From the NCBI GenBank assembly GCA_018062625.1, contig JAGORV010000003.1:12007-76006 (forward strand): a stretch of 64,000 nucleotides of DNA, in the 5' to 3' direction. Source of the stretch: Candidatus Woesebacteria bacterium. GTDB lineage: Bacteria; Patescibacteriota; Microgenomatia; UBA10105; UBA927. This document shows positions 9,785-19,795 of this stretch, piece by piece; the first letter of the stretch is position 1, and each line of letters starts with the position of its first letter. The translations under genes were made by a program, and so were the position numbers. The notes beneath the pieces are model-generated. The model made no database searches. It saw only the letters and a list, made by a program, of their open reading frames with translations, and was not told the DNA's origin.

Positions 9785-11506
9785 ATGTTTATACTTTTAC
9801 TTTTTGCATTTTTAGGGGGGATTGTTACCATCCTGTCTCCATGTATTCTTCCAATTCTCCCCATAGTACTATCCGGAACGCTTACCGGCGGAAAAAAGAA
9901 ACCACTTGGAGTGGTAGCTGGATTTATTCTAAGTTTTACATTTTTTACATTATTTTTGACAACCATTATTAAGCTCACTGGAATCTCCGCTGATGCACTG
10001 CGAACGGTTTCCGTAGTTGTAATCGGTATGTTTGGCATAAGTTTACTTGTGCCCAAATTTCAGATAACAATGGAAAAACTATTCTCACGTCTTGCAACGA
10101 TCGCGCCACAACAAAAACAAAATACCAACCGGCCAGATTTTATCGCAGGTTTTTTTATAGGGCTTTCTCTTGGGCTTATATGGACACCATGTGTAGGACC
10201 TATTTTAGCCTCAATTATTACGCTTGCTGCAACTAGCTCTATAAATGGTGGCGCTATCTTTATAACACTTGCATACTCTCTCGGTACGGCAATTCCTCTT
10301 TTTGCAATCACCTATGGCGGTAGACAACTTCTCACAAGTCATCCATGGTTACTATCACATACCCAATCTATCCAAAAAGCATTTGGCATCCTCATGTTGC
10401 TTGCTTCACTTGGGATATTTTTTAGTTGGGATCGACAGTTTCAGTCATACATACTCAATACGTTCCCCAGTTACGGCGTGGGAATTACAAAACTTGAAGA
10501 CAACGCGCTTGTCAAAAATGAGTTAGACAAATTAAAAAATGCTCCCAAAATCTCTATGGAGGATTTATTACAATCCGATTTAGGTGAGGCTCCCGAATTT
10601 ATTGTGGGCGGCGCGTGGATAAATTCCCCACCGCTACGCTTGGAAAATCTTCGAGGTAACGTTGTGCTTATCGATTTTTGGACATATACCTGCATCAATT
10701 GTATTCGCACGCTCCCATATCTCAAATCATGGTGGAAAAGCTACGAAGATAAAGGACTTATCATAGTAGGCGTGCATACCCCAGAATTCGCATTTGAAAA
10801 AGAAGAACGAAATGTAAAAGCGGCGATTGGCGATTTTGGCATCACCTACCCCGTCATGCAAGATAACAACTACGCCACATGGCAAGCCTACAATAACAGA
10901 TACTGGCCAGCCCACTATCTGATAGATAAAAATGGAAAAATTCGTTATACCCACTTTGGTGAAGGAAAGTATGATGAAACAGAACGCATGATCCAAAAAT
11001 TGCTCAAAGAAACTGGAGCAACCATTTCTGCTACCCCCAACAATCTTCAATATACGATAGAAGCCAACACACACGAAACCTACCTAGGGTACCAACGCAT
11101 GAGTGGCCTTGCTTCACCAGAACAGATAGTCAAAAACAAGCCAACACTTTTTACTACACCAAATACAATCTCTAACAACTCATTTGCTTTAGGTGGTACG
11201 TGGACCATTGGTGCTGAAAGAGCCATGCCACAAAAAGGATCTACGTTGACGTTTTCTTTTGATGCCAAGGAAGTATTTTTAGTCATGCGACCAAATAAAA
11301 TTGGCCAAGCCGGAGGCATCAGGATATATCTTGATGACAAACTAGTTACCGATGGCAATCAAGGGGTTGATGTCCAAAATGGAATTGTAACAATAAACGT
11401 CGATCGTCTATACAAACTCATAAATCTTCCAAAAAGTGGTCCGCATATTCTTAAAATTGAGGTGCTTGATGGGGATATCGAGCTATATGCCTTTACTTTT
11501 GGTTAG
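9785..11506 (+). CDS. DipZ-like fusion: CcdA/DsbD-type thiol-disulfide transporter, thioredoxin-like domain and C-terminal beta domain
   Basis: Membrane-embedded Cys motifs LSPCILPILP and WTPCVGPIL; periplasmic FWTYTCINCIRTLP; ~150-aa C-terminal domain, as in the mycobacterial DipZ architecture. Confidence 0.8.
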   Translation: MFILLLFAFLGGIVTILSPCILPILPIVLSGTLTGGKKKPLGVVAGFILSFTFFTLFLTTIIKLTGISADALRTVSVVVIGMFGISLLVPKFQITMEKLFSRLATIAPQQKQNTNRPDFIAGFFIGLSLGLIWTPCVGPILASIITLAATSSINGGAIFITLAYSLGTAIPLFAITYGGRQLLTSHPWLLSHTQSIQKAFGILMLLASLGIFFSWDRQFQSYILNTFPSYGVGITKLEDNALVKNELDKLKNAPKISMEDLLQSDLGEAPEFIVGGAWINSPPLRLENLRGNVVLIDFWTYTCINCIRTLPYLKSWWKSYEDKGLIIVGVHTPEFAFEKEERNVKAAIGDFGITYPVMQDNNYATWQAYNNRYWPAHYLIDKNGKIRYTHFGEGKYDETERMIQKLLKETGATISATPNNLQYTIEANTHETYLGYQRMSGLASPEQIVKNKPTLFTTPNTISNNSFALGGTWTIGAERAMPQKGSTLTFSFDAKEVFLVMRPNKIGQAGGIRIYLDDKLVTDGNQGVDVQNGIVTINVDRLYKLINLPKSGPHILKIEVLDGDIELYAFTFG

Positions 11507-11526
11507 GGTTACCATACGCTACATAT

Positions 11527-11796
11527 ATGGATGCTATTGTTAAAGTGTTACAGATTTCATTTGTACTATCTCCATTATTTATTACTGGCATTGCACTAGG
11601 CTTACTTCTCAAAAAAGGAATAAAACTTGCTCAAGGATACGCACTTTATTGGTTACTTCTCTCTATTATATTTCTCATTCTGTGGTTGGCAGCATTTGCC
11701 GATAAACAAGCGGGTATCTCAACGCTCTTAATGCTGGGAACATCTGCAAGCAGTGCGTTTTCTATCTATCTCTCGATGAGGAAACAAGACAGATAA
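11527..11796 (+). CDS. Small membrane protein (3 TM), unknown function
   Basis: 89-aa hydrophobic ORF; no recognised motif. Confidence 0.45.
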   Translation: MDAIVKVLQISFVLSPLFITGIALGLLLKKGIKLAQGYALYWLLLSIIFLILWLAAFADKQAGISTLLMLGTSASSAFSIYLSMRKQDR

Positions 11797-11802
11797 AGAA
11801 GT

Positions 11803-13011
11803 TTACTTCAAATCTTTCGTTATTTTATATATCACTCCTGCTTTATCATCTGATACATAGAGTGATCCATCATCGGAGAAACGTAAATCAACGGGACGTC
11901 CAAGCGCCCCTGCTGCGTTTTTCGCACCCATCAACCATCCGCTCATAAAATCTTCTGTGGATTCATATCCACCTTTGCTATCTAGTTTTATTCGCACAAT
12001 CTTATACCCAGTGGGCGTCGACCTATTCCACGATCCATGGTACGCCACAAGTAAATCTCCTCCATATTCTGCTCCCCATGACGCAGGAATAAACGCTAAT
12101 CCTAACGGAGCAGAATGCGCCTGAAGATCTATATACGAAGGTTCGACAGATTTACAATAATCTGACGCTTTTTGCGAACTGTCAAATGTATTATCCCAAA
12201 CATTTTTTCCATAACAATATGGCCAACCAAAATTCTTTCCTTGTGTAACTATATGTATAGTATCTGGTGGTATGTCATCACCAATCAAATCTCTTCCCAT
12301 GTTGGTAGCCCACATGCGAGAATCTATCGGACTCCAAACGAAAAATACCGCATTACGCAAGCCCTGTGCATAGGACGCAAGCTCTGATCCGTCTGGATTA
12401 GCAACATATATAGCAGCTCTGCGGGCATCTTTTTCCTTACACACATTACAGGTTGATCCTATAGATACATAAAGCTTAGAATCTGGCCCAAACCCAATCG
12501 TTCGAGAAAAATGGTTACCACCGCTGGGCAAATCAAAAAGCTTTTTTCCATTGGAAGCGGTATGTGTCACGAGGTTATATTCAAACATTGAGACTTTGTC
12601 TGTTTCTGCAATATATAATTTCTCCTTATGAAAGGCTATCCCGTGTGGTAAATTTAACCCTTCAGCAACAGTCACCACTTTCTCTGCTTCACCATTTTTA
12701 TCTCGATCAATCAACGCAACCACTTTACCGCGTGATGGTTCGCTGACCAAAAGCGTACCCTCAGAATCAAACAAAAGCACACGTGCATTGTTCACATTTT
12801 TTGCATAAATGGATACCGAAAAATCTTGTGGGAGTGATAATGGAATACCAGTAGAATTTTTGGTGGGAGACAACTCGTCGGCAATATTTCCTGAAACTGG
12901 TGCAAATGCAGGGGCTGATCCCCGAAGATTACCATAATAGAATCTACCGATAACAATCGCTCCGATCAGCAAAAGAATCCAAACAACAACACCAATGGTG
13001 CGTTTATTCAT
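11803..13011 (-). CDS. Secreted PQQ-dependent sugar/sorbosone dehydrogenase-family beta-propeller protein
   Basis: N-terminal TM anchor. Motifs GLNLPHGIAF, GSTCNVC, GLRNAV, GKNFGWPYCYG and HSAPLGLAF are typical of the GSDH/sorbosone dehydrogenase family. Confidence 0.7.
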   Translation of the reverse strand: MNKRTIGVVVWILLLIGAIVIGRFYYGNLRGSAPAFAPVSGNIADELSPTKNSTGIPLSLPQDFSVSIYAKNVNNARVLLFDSEGTLLVSEPSRGKVVALIDRDKNGEAEKVVTVAEGLNLPHGIAFHKEKLYIAETDKVSMFEYNLVTHTASNGKKLFDLPSGGNHFSRTIGFGPDSKLYVSIGSTCNVCKEKDARRAAIYVANPDGSELASYAQGLRNAVFFVWSPIDSRMWATNMGRDLIGDDIPPDTIHIVTQGKNFGWPYCYGKNVWDNTFDSSQKASDYCKSVEPSYIDLQAHSAPLGLAFIPASWGAEYGGDLLVAYHGSWNRSTPTGYKIVRIKLDSKGGYESTEDFMSGWLMGAKNAAGALGRPVDLRFSDDGSLYVSDDKAGVIYKITKDLK

Positions 13012-13022
13012 AGGCTATAAGG

Positions 13023-13409
13023 TTATTGAGTTATATCAGGTGGCACAAACATAGTGTCAACATATGCAGAACAGTTTACATCATGCTCAACACGTAGCTG
13101 TGAAACATCTTTAGTTTGATAACGAATCCAACTCACCAGTCGCGTAACAATAGGTGAAATCTGTGACCGCAAGCCTACAGGAATCCTGTTGTGCGCTGCG
13201 TCTACACAAACACCAAGTGATGTAATAATTTGAAATGAAGATACACATTGAACTTCCCGCGCATTTGGATTTGCTTGTACCTGAAATGCAGACACATCTA
13301 GCTCTTTCTGCGTGGCTATATAACAGTTTCGCGATGCGTTTGCGGGAGCAATAATCAACCAACTCGAAATAAACAACAAAATCAATACAATAACGAAGAT
13401 GTACTTCAT
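13023..13409 (-). CDS. Small secreted/anchored protein with 4 Cys, unknown function
   Basis: Signal-anchor MKYIFVIVLILLFISSWLIIAPANA; four cysteines in the mature part; start at 13409 preferred over 13445. Confidence 0.45.
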   Translation of the reverse strand: MKYIFVIVLILLFISSWLIIAPANASRNCYIATQKELDVSAFQVQANPNAREVQCVSSFQIITSLGVCVDAAHNRIPVGLRSQISPIVTRLVSWIRYQTKDVSQLRVEHDVNCSAYVDTMFVPPDITQ

Positions 13410-13454
13410 GTATCCAGTGTGCATGTTTGACGCCATTCGGGTCAAGTAAGCATG

Positions 13455-14516
13455 TTATATCGCAAGTGGAAGTTGCTCTTCAAAATAAGTCAAATCGGGC
13501 TCAGGATTCGCATACTCAAGTGGTGCAGTAACCCGAGGATCATTAAAAACATCTATAACATGTGATACATTCGCGGTCGTCATTCCCTCTTGTTCTAACC
13601 ACGCTCTCCCCCTCGCTCCGAGCACTACCGCAGCCACATCGAGTCCAGCTAGATGATCTCTCCATCCAAAAGGCACACGCCCAAATGGTTTTTTGGTTGT
13701 CTCAATATGTTCCCAATAGTTTGCCGCCAAATCAGCGAGTTCCATAGCTTGCGTCGCAGTTGTTGGTCGTCTGCGCACCATTTGGCTTGCCGCCACGGGA
13801 ATTCGCCGCGCTGACACAACATTGGAATTTTGACCATTAGCCCAAGCATCAGCAAGCTCTTCTCCCACTACAAGATGACCGAGTCTATCTGTACCCTTAA
13901 ACCTTTCTATAATATCCACTTGTGGTGTCCCCTCTGGGGGACGCACCGGAAAAACTCTCGGAAATACTTGAGCCACAATTGCTGCTTTTTTTGCTTTGTA
14001 CGCTTCTGGACTTTCAAAAACTGTTCCTATTAACTGGGTCTTGAGCGTAAAGGGTGTATAGTCTGTCCGAGCGAGCGCTCGAACGCGAGATGCAACTAAT
14101 ATTTTATCTTTCCAAGACGGTTCTATCATAGGATGACTTATAAGCAGCTCGTCACCAGCAAATCGCAAAAACATTGCCCAGTCATCCCCTAATCGTTGCG
14201 GTTCTTTTTCGAGTGGTTTTAGGTACTCTTTACGAAGCACTCGCCTCATAACATTTCCGAGCGTAGGGCTCAGGCTTACTGATTGAATTAGATGTCCTTT
14301 CGGACCATTTTCTGGATCTATGAGAGGTTTTACTTTTCGCGGATCCTCGAGTGCACTCTGTATCTCCCAATCAAGCCACCCAGGTTGAGGGTAACGTATC
14401 TCTTCCTTTATTGGGACATATCTTGGAATATGAAACTCATACAATGCAGTCGCAAGAGCTCCAAGTCCTAATAATCCTAAAAATTGTCTTCTGGTAATTT
14501 TTTCTTTTCCAGCCAT
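13455..14516 (-). CDS. Hypothetical exported protein with twin-arginine (Tat) signal
   Basis: N-terminus KITRRQFLGLLGLGALATA matches (S/T)RRxFL plus an h-region; the rest has no Cys and no motif I recognise. Confidence 0.55.
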   Translation of the reverse strand: MAGKEKITRRQFLGLLGLGALATALYEFHIPRYVPIKEEIRYPQPGWLDWEIQSALEDPRKVKPLIDPENGPKGHLIQSVSLSPTLGNVMRRVLRKEYLKPLEKEPQRLGDDWAMFLRFAGDELLISHPMIEPSWKDKILVASRVRALARTDYTPFTLKTQLIGTVFESPEAYKAKKAAIVAQVFPRVFPVRPPEGTPQVDIIERFKGTDRLGHLVVGEELADAWANGQNSNVVSARRIPVAASQMVRRRPTTATQAMELADLAANYWEHIETTKKPFGRVPFGWRDHLAGLDVAAVVLGARGRAWLEQEGMTTANVSHVIDVFNDPRVTAPLEYANPEPDLTYFEEQLPLAI

Positions 14517-14552
14517 TGTAGGAGTATACTAAAATGCAAAATTTGGAACAAA

Positions 14553-15155
14553 CTAACCATCTAAACTACGCCAAAGAATTCGAGAAGCATACGTGCGGTA
14601 GGGCGACCATTTTTTCACTATTTTTTCCATTTGCTTGACGGTCGGCTCACTTTTAAACCCATACAGTTTTTGCAATCCGCGTCGCAGTCCTAAATCACCA
14701 TAAGAAAATATATCTGGGCGACCTAGGGCAAACATCAGAAACATTTCCGCAGTCCAACGGCCTACACCATGAATAGTGGTTAGCACAGCTATTACCTCTT
14801 CATCGGACAAAGAAGGAAGCCTCGTAAATACAACTGTTTTCGATTGGACTGCTTCCGCTATAGCTTTTATATATTTTACTTTTGACCATGAAACGCCGAC
14901 ATCGCGAATCTGCTGATCAGACAGCGCAAGTATAGCTTTTGCGCTAATACGCCCATTAGGAAAAAGCTTTTTGAATCGCCGAAAAATAGTATCCCCTGCT
15001 TTGATAGACAGCTGTTGACTGGTAATAGACTCCACTAAATCCACAAACGGATTTGTAGACACGGAAAGCGTCATGTCTGCAATGAGATGAAAATGACGAG
15101 CGAGGATTGGATCAACAGAAGAAAAATGCTTTTCTATGGCCGACTTCTTTACCAT
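14553..15155 (-). CDS. alkA: HhH-GPD DNA glycosylase (3-methyladenine DNA glycosylase II type, core domain only)
   Basis: [32 protein letters not shown] helix-hairpin-helix/GPD motif with catalytic Asp; start overlaps the rpsG stop by 7 nt. Confidence 0.8.
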   Translation of the reverse strand: MVKKSAIEKHFSSVDPILARHFHLIADMTLSVSTNPFVDLVESITSQQLSIKAGDTIFRRFKKLFPNGRISAKAILALSDQQIRDVGVSWSKVKYIKAIAEAVQSKTVVFTRLPSLSDEEVIAVLTTIHGVGRWTAEMFLMFALGRPDIFSYGDLGLRRGLQKLYGFKSEPTVKQMEKIVKKWSPYRTYASRILWRSLDG

Positions 15156-15622
15156 TTAAAGTGTGCAAACGCTTTGTTAGCATCAGCCATACGAAGGACT
15201 GTGTCACGTTTCTTAATTGCTTCTCCTGTGTTTTTTGATGCATCAAGAAGCTCTACAGCCAACTTTTCCGCAAATGTATGGAATTCTTTGTTTGATCGTT
15301 TTTTGGCAAAATCCACTATCCATCGGATAGCCAAAGACATACGTCGATCACCACGGACTTCGGTAGGTACTTGATACGATGCTCCACCCACTCGACGAGA
15401 TCGTACTTCAATCTTAGGTCCTACGTTGGAAAGTGCCAATTCAAAAACTTTGATTGGATCTTCACCTTTTGCTTTGATGAGATCGAATGCTTTGTAGACC
15501 AAGCTCTCGGCTATAGTCTTTTTACCGTCGATCATGACACGATTTACAAATCTCGTCACAAGACGATTTCCGAAAATCGGATCTGGCAATAATACTTTGG
15601 TATATGTTTTTTTACTTCTCAT
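15149..15622 (-). CDS. rpsG: 30S ribosomal protein S7
   Basis: Canonical S7 sequence (DPIFGN.LVTRFVN..M.DGKK). Confidence 0.95.
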   Translation of the reverse strand: MRSKKTYTKVLLPDPIFGNRLVTRFVNRVMIDGKKTIAESLVYKAFDLIKAKGEDPIKVFELALSNVGPKIEVRSRRVGGASYQVPTEVRGDRRMSLAIRWIVDFAKKRSNKEFHTFAEKLAVELLDASKNTGEAIKKRDTVLRMADANKAFAHFKW

Positions 15623-15630
15623 AAGAATAA

Positions 15631-16068
15631 TTAGGAAGCTGCTGCAGTAGCTGGGCCACTGGCACTTGCCTTTGTTCCATATCGACTTCTACCTTGCTTA
15701 CGATTGACGACACCTGATGCATCAAACTTCCCTCGCACAATGTGATACTTCACACCTGGTAAGTCTGGTACTCGACCTCCGCGAACCAACACGATTGCGT
15801 GCTCGGTAAGCTCATGGCCAATACCTGGAATATATGCAGTAACTTCTTGCTTGTTAGACAAACGTACACGAGCGACTTTTCGCAAAGCTGAGTTTGGCTT
15901 TTTTGGTGTCATCGTTTTCACGACCGTCACCACGCCACGCTTAAACGGTGCGGCAAAGTTTTTCGTTGCACCTTCTTTGGCGTTAAAAAACTTCCGCAAT
16001 GCGGTTGCTTTTATTTTCTTTGCTCTACTTTTGCGTCCATGTCGGACTAATTGATTGATTGTCGGCAT
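15631..16068 (-). CDS. rpsL: 30S ribosomal protein S12
   Basis: MPTINQLVR..., [16 protein letters not shown]; slightly extended C-terminus. Confidence 0.95.
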   Translation of the reverse strand: MPTINQLVRHGRKSRAKKIKATALRKFFNAKEGATKNFAAPFKRGVVTVVKTMTPKKPNSALRKVARVRLSNKQEVTAYIPGIGHELTEHAIVLVRGGRVPDLPGVKYHIVRGKFDASGVVNRKQGRSRYGTKASASGPATAAAS

Positions 16069-16072
16069 AGTT

Positions 16073-19000
16073 TTAGCTTTCCATTCTCGCCCGTTCTGGC
16101 GAAACTGGTATTAGGCGTCCAATTATAACGTTTTCTTTGAGTCCAAGCAATTTATCTTCTTTACAGGCCAATGCTGCATCGGTCAAAACATTGGTTGTTT
16201 CTTGGAAAGATGCTGCTGAAAGCCATGATTCTGTGTAAAGCGCAGCGCGTGTTATACCAAGCATCATGATGTTTGCAGTTGCTGGCTCTCCACCTTCAGC
16301 CAAGACTCGTGCATTCTCATCTTGGAAACGACCTTTGTCTACCAATTCACCTGGTAATAACATGGTATCTCCTGATGTATCGATACGCACTTTGTCACTC
16401 ATCTTGCGCACGATTACTTCAAAGTGTTTGTCGTGGATAGAAATACCTTGAGATTCATATACACGCTGGATCTCATCAATCAAATAGCGCTGTGATCCAA
16501 GCAAGCCTCGAACCTGTAGTACTTCTTTGATATCCAAATATCCACTACTAATCTGATCACCTGCGGCGATAAGATCTCCATCTTTTACTGCCAATTCGCT
16601 GGTTAATGGAATCACGTATTCACGCTCTTCCGGTGGTTTCATGGCCGTATTTTTGATAGACACTTTGTATCCACCCTCTGTCTCTTCAACCGAAACTTTT
16701 CCTGCAATCTCTGCAAGAGGTGACAAGTTGCGTGGTGTACGTGCTTCAAACAACTCTTCTACCCGTGGCAATCCTTGGGTAACGTCGAGTCCTACGATAC
16801 CTCCAGCGTGTCTCACACGCATGGTCAACTGTGTACCCGGCTCTCCAATAGATTGCGCTGCCATAACTCCTGCTGGTGTACCTACTTCAATGAGTTTGGT
16901 TGTTGAATAATCTCGACCATAACACACTGCACAGATTCCAACTTTGGCTTGGCATGCGATTGGAGATCTTAGCAATATAGACTCTACGTTGTGTTCGTCT
17001 ACAAGCTTAGCCAATTCGTCAGTGATCTCAGTTCCTTTAGGAACCAATACTTTCTTAGATCCTGGAGCCACGACATCAACAGCTGCAAATCGTCCAACGA
17101 TACGTGTCGCATAGACTGCCTGACGTGCATCGTTTCGTGACAATTCCCAACCAAGCTCGGTACCGCAGTCATCTTCACGCACGATCATATCGTGTGCTAC
17201 ATCTACCAAACGTCTGGTCAAATACCCTGCGTCAGCGGTCTTCAAAGCAGAATCGGTAAGACCTTTTCGTGATCCACGAGTAGATGTCACGTATTCGAAA
17301 ATGTTAAGTCCTTCACGATAGTTACTCTTGGTTGGAAGTTCCACGATTTTACCCAATGGATCAACAACCAATCCTTTGATAGCAGAAAGCTGTTTCAATT
17401 GATCTTTGCTTGCACGAGCACCTCCAGAGTCGATAATCATCTTCACTGGATTGTTTGTTGGAAGCCTCTCCCATGTAAGGTCTGCAATGCGCTCAGTAAT
17501 CTCTATCCAGACTTCGTTGGACAATCGCTTCTTTTCTTCAAGTGTGATAAGTCCTGATTGATAATTGGTATCGATATCAGCCACTTTTCCATCTGCTTCT
17601 GCGATAATCGAACCTTTTTCTTCTATAGATTCGTTATCAAATACTGACACGGAAAGTCCTCCACATAATGTGGCACCGTAGAACCCAATGTTTTTGATAG
17701 CGTCTATAAGATTGGCAACTTCTTGCTTAGAATACATAGACAATGCCTTTGTGATAAGTTGTTTCACTGTGGCTGCCTTTACTGGTGCATTGATAAATCG
17801 CAATCCTTCAGGTAATACTTCATTGAACAACACGCGTCCAACCGTGGTTACCACAAGTTGTCCGTTTATTGGCAAGCGTACAGGTTCACGAAGTGCTACT
17901 TTATTTGTCTGTTGTGCATAAATCGCTTCCTGTTCGTTAGAATAGGTTGGCAAATCTTTATCTTCGCGTCCTTCACGAGTTGGATCAACAGTTGTCATGT
18001 AGTAGCAGCCCAAAACCATTTCTTTATTTGGAACGGTTATAGGAGATCCATCTGCAGGTTTAAGCAAATTGTGCGTTGGCAACATGAGCTCGATTGCTTC
18101 TTTTTGTGATGGGCCAGACAATGGAATATGCACAGCCATTTGGTCTCCATCAAAGTCAGCATTGTATCCTGCGCAGACACATGGATGTACGCGGATAGCC
18201 GCTCCTTCGATAAGTACTGGGTAAAATGCTTGGAATCCAAGTTTATGCAATGTTGGAGCACGATTTAACATGACTGGGTGATTCTTGGTGATTTCTTCCA
18301 AGATGTCATACACCTCTGGTGTGCGTCGTTCCAACACATTTTTTGCATTCTTAACGTTTGGTGCAATTCCTCGTGTAATAAGTTCTCGCAAGACAAATGG
18401 CTTAAACATTTCAAGTGCCATTTCTTTTGGAAGTCCACATTGATCCAATCGAAGCTCAGGTCCAACAACGATAACTGATCGACCAGAATAGTCGACACGT
18501 TTTCCAAGTAAGTTTTGTCGGAAACGACCTTGTTTTCCGCGCAACATGTCTGATAATGATCGCAATGGCTGAATAACTGTTCTACTACTTGGTCGTTGTG
18601 TGGCGTCGATAAGTGAATCAACCGCTTCCTGTAACATGCGCTTCTCATTTCGCAAAATAATTTCTGGCGCACCAAGATCCATAAGGTGCTTCAAACGATT
18701 GTTGCGATTTATAACACGTCGATACAAATCGTTCAAATCACTCGTAGCAAATCTACCACCAGTAAGTTGCACCATAGGTCGCAAATCTGGAGGTATAACT
18801 GGCAATGTTGCCATAACCATCCATGATGGACTTATGCCACTTTTTCGCATACCATCTACGACACGAAGTCGTTTGGTAGCTTTGACGTGACGCTGGCCGC
18901 TAGAATTTTGAATTTCTTCACGAAGTTCAGCTGCAAGCTTGTCCAAGTCAATTTTCTTAACACACTCAAGCATAGCCTCAGCGCCCATGCCAACCTTCAA

Positions 19001-19795
19001 GAATGAAGCTGCATCGTAGTCGAGCAAATGAATGTATTCGTCCTCAGTAACGGTAGAAAGCATTTTGATGCTTTTGACGATACTGGTGATTTGATCAATA
19101 ACTTCATTAATCTTTTCTTCTTCTTTACCAAACTGTTCATCGAGACTAGCAAATTCTTGTCGTTCACGGAGGGACAACTCAGAAATAGCCAAATCCTGAC
19201 CTTCTTTTCCTTTGACAGATCCTTTTACTTCTTCTTTTTCTGTACTGACATCTCGACGTCGTTTGTCTTTTTCTGCTTCGACGCGTTTTTTGAGCTCATC
19301 AAGACGCTTTTCACCTTGTGAGGCAAGTCCAGCAAGCACTTTTTTCTTTTCTTCTTCATCGATATGTGTAACCAAATATTGTGCAAAGTAGATAACGCCT
19401 TCAAGTGCACGTGGTGATATATCCAAAAGCAATGAAAGTTTACTTGGTGCACCTTTAAAGAACCATACGTGGGCAACAGGCGCTGCAAGCGTGATGTGTC
19501 CCATGCGTTCTCGTCGTACTTTACTTTGGGTAACTTCGACGCCACATTTGTCACAGACAATACCTCGATAACGAATGCGCTTGTATTTGCCACAGTAACA
19601 TTCCCAATCTTTGGTAGGTCCAAAAATTCGTTCGTCAAAAAGTCCGTCTTTTTCAGGCTTAAGCGTACGGTAGTTGATCGTTTCTGGTTTTGTAACTTCT
19701 CCGTATGACCACCCCTTAACCTCATCAGGTGAAGCTAATTTGATAAGTAATCCTGTAAAGTCAACGAGATTTGTGAAATTTCCTTTTTTATCCAT
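16073..19795 (-). CDS. rpoC: DNA-directed RNA polymerase subunit beta'
   Basis: NADFDGD catalytic motif and Zn-binding CxC..C..C N-terminus. ATG 19795 is preceded by GGAG at 6 nt; the track start 19810 is also possible. Overlaps the rpoB stop. Confidence 0.97.
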   Translation of the reverse strand: MDKKGNFTNLVDFTGLLIKLASPDEVKGWSYGEVTKPETINYRTLKPEKDGLFDERIFGPTKDWECYCGKYKRIRYRGIVCDKCGVEVTQSKVRRERMGHITLAAPVAHVWFFKGAPSKLSLLLDISPRALEGVIYFAQYLVTHIDEEEKKKVLAGLASQGEKRLDELKKRVEAEKDKRRRDVSTEKEEVKGSVKGKEGQDLAISELSLRERQEFASLDEQFGKEEEKINEVIDQITSIVKSIKMLSTVTEDEYIHLLDYDAASFLKVGMGAEAMLECVKKIDLDKLAAELREEIQNSSGQRHVKATKRLRVVDGMRKSGISPSWMVMATLPVIPPDLRPMVQLTGGRFATSDLNDLYRRVINRNNRLKHLMDLGAPEIILRNEKRMLQEAVDSLIDATQRPSSRTVIQPLRSLSDMLRGKQGRFRQNLLGKRVDYSGRSVIVVGPELRLDQCGLPKEMALEMFKPFVLRELITRGIAPNVKNAKNVLERRTPEVYDILEEITKNHPVMLNRAPTLHKLGFQAFYPVLIEGAAIRVHPCVCAGYNADFDGDQMAVHIPLSGPSQKEAIELMLPTHNLLKPADGSPITVPNKEMVLGCYYMTTVDPTREGREDKDLPTYSNEQEAIYAQQTNKVALREPVRLPINGQLVVTTVGRVLFNEVLPEGLRFINAPVKAATVKQLITKALSMYSKQEVANLIDAIKNIGFYGATLCGGLSVSVFDNESIEEKGSIIAEADGKVADIDTNYQSGLITLEEKKRLSNEVWIEITERIADLTWERLPTNNPVKMIIDSGGARASKDQLKQLSAIKGLVVDPLGKIVELPTKSNYREGLNIFEYVTSTRGSRKGLTDSALKTADAGYLTRRLVDVAHDMIVREDDCGTELGWELSRNDARQAVYATRIVGRFAAVDVVAPGSKKVLVPKGTEITDELAKLVDEHNVESILLRSPIACQAKVGICAVCYGRDYSTTKLIEVGTPAGVMAAQSIGEPGTQLTMRVRHAGGIVGLDVTQGLPRVEELFEARTPRNLSPLAEIAGKVSVEETEGGYKVSIKNTAMKPPEEREYVIPLTSELAVKDGDLIAAGDQISSGYLDIKEVLQVRGLLGSQRYLIDEIQRVYESQGISIHDKHFEVIVRKMSDKVRIDTSGDTMLLPGELVDKGRFQDENARVLAEGGEPATANIMMLGITRAALYTESWLSAASFQETTNVLTDAALACKEDKLLGLKENVIIGRLIPVSPERARMES

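Noticed and set aside
8479-15155. Searched the str-operon island for mobile-element hallmarks (integrase, transposase, tRNA target, flanking direct or inverted repeats)
   Set aside because: None was seen by eye, so the island is not called a mobile element.
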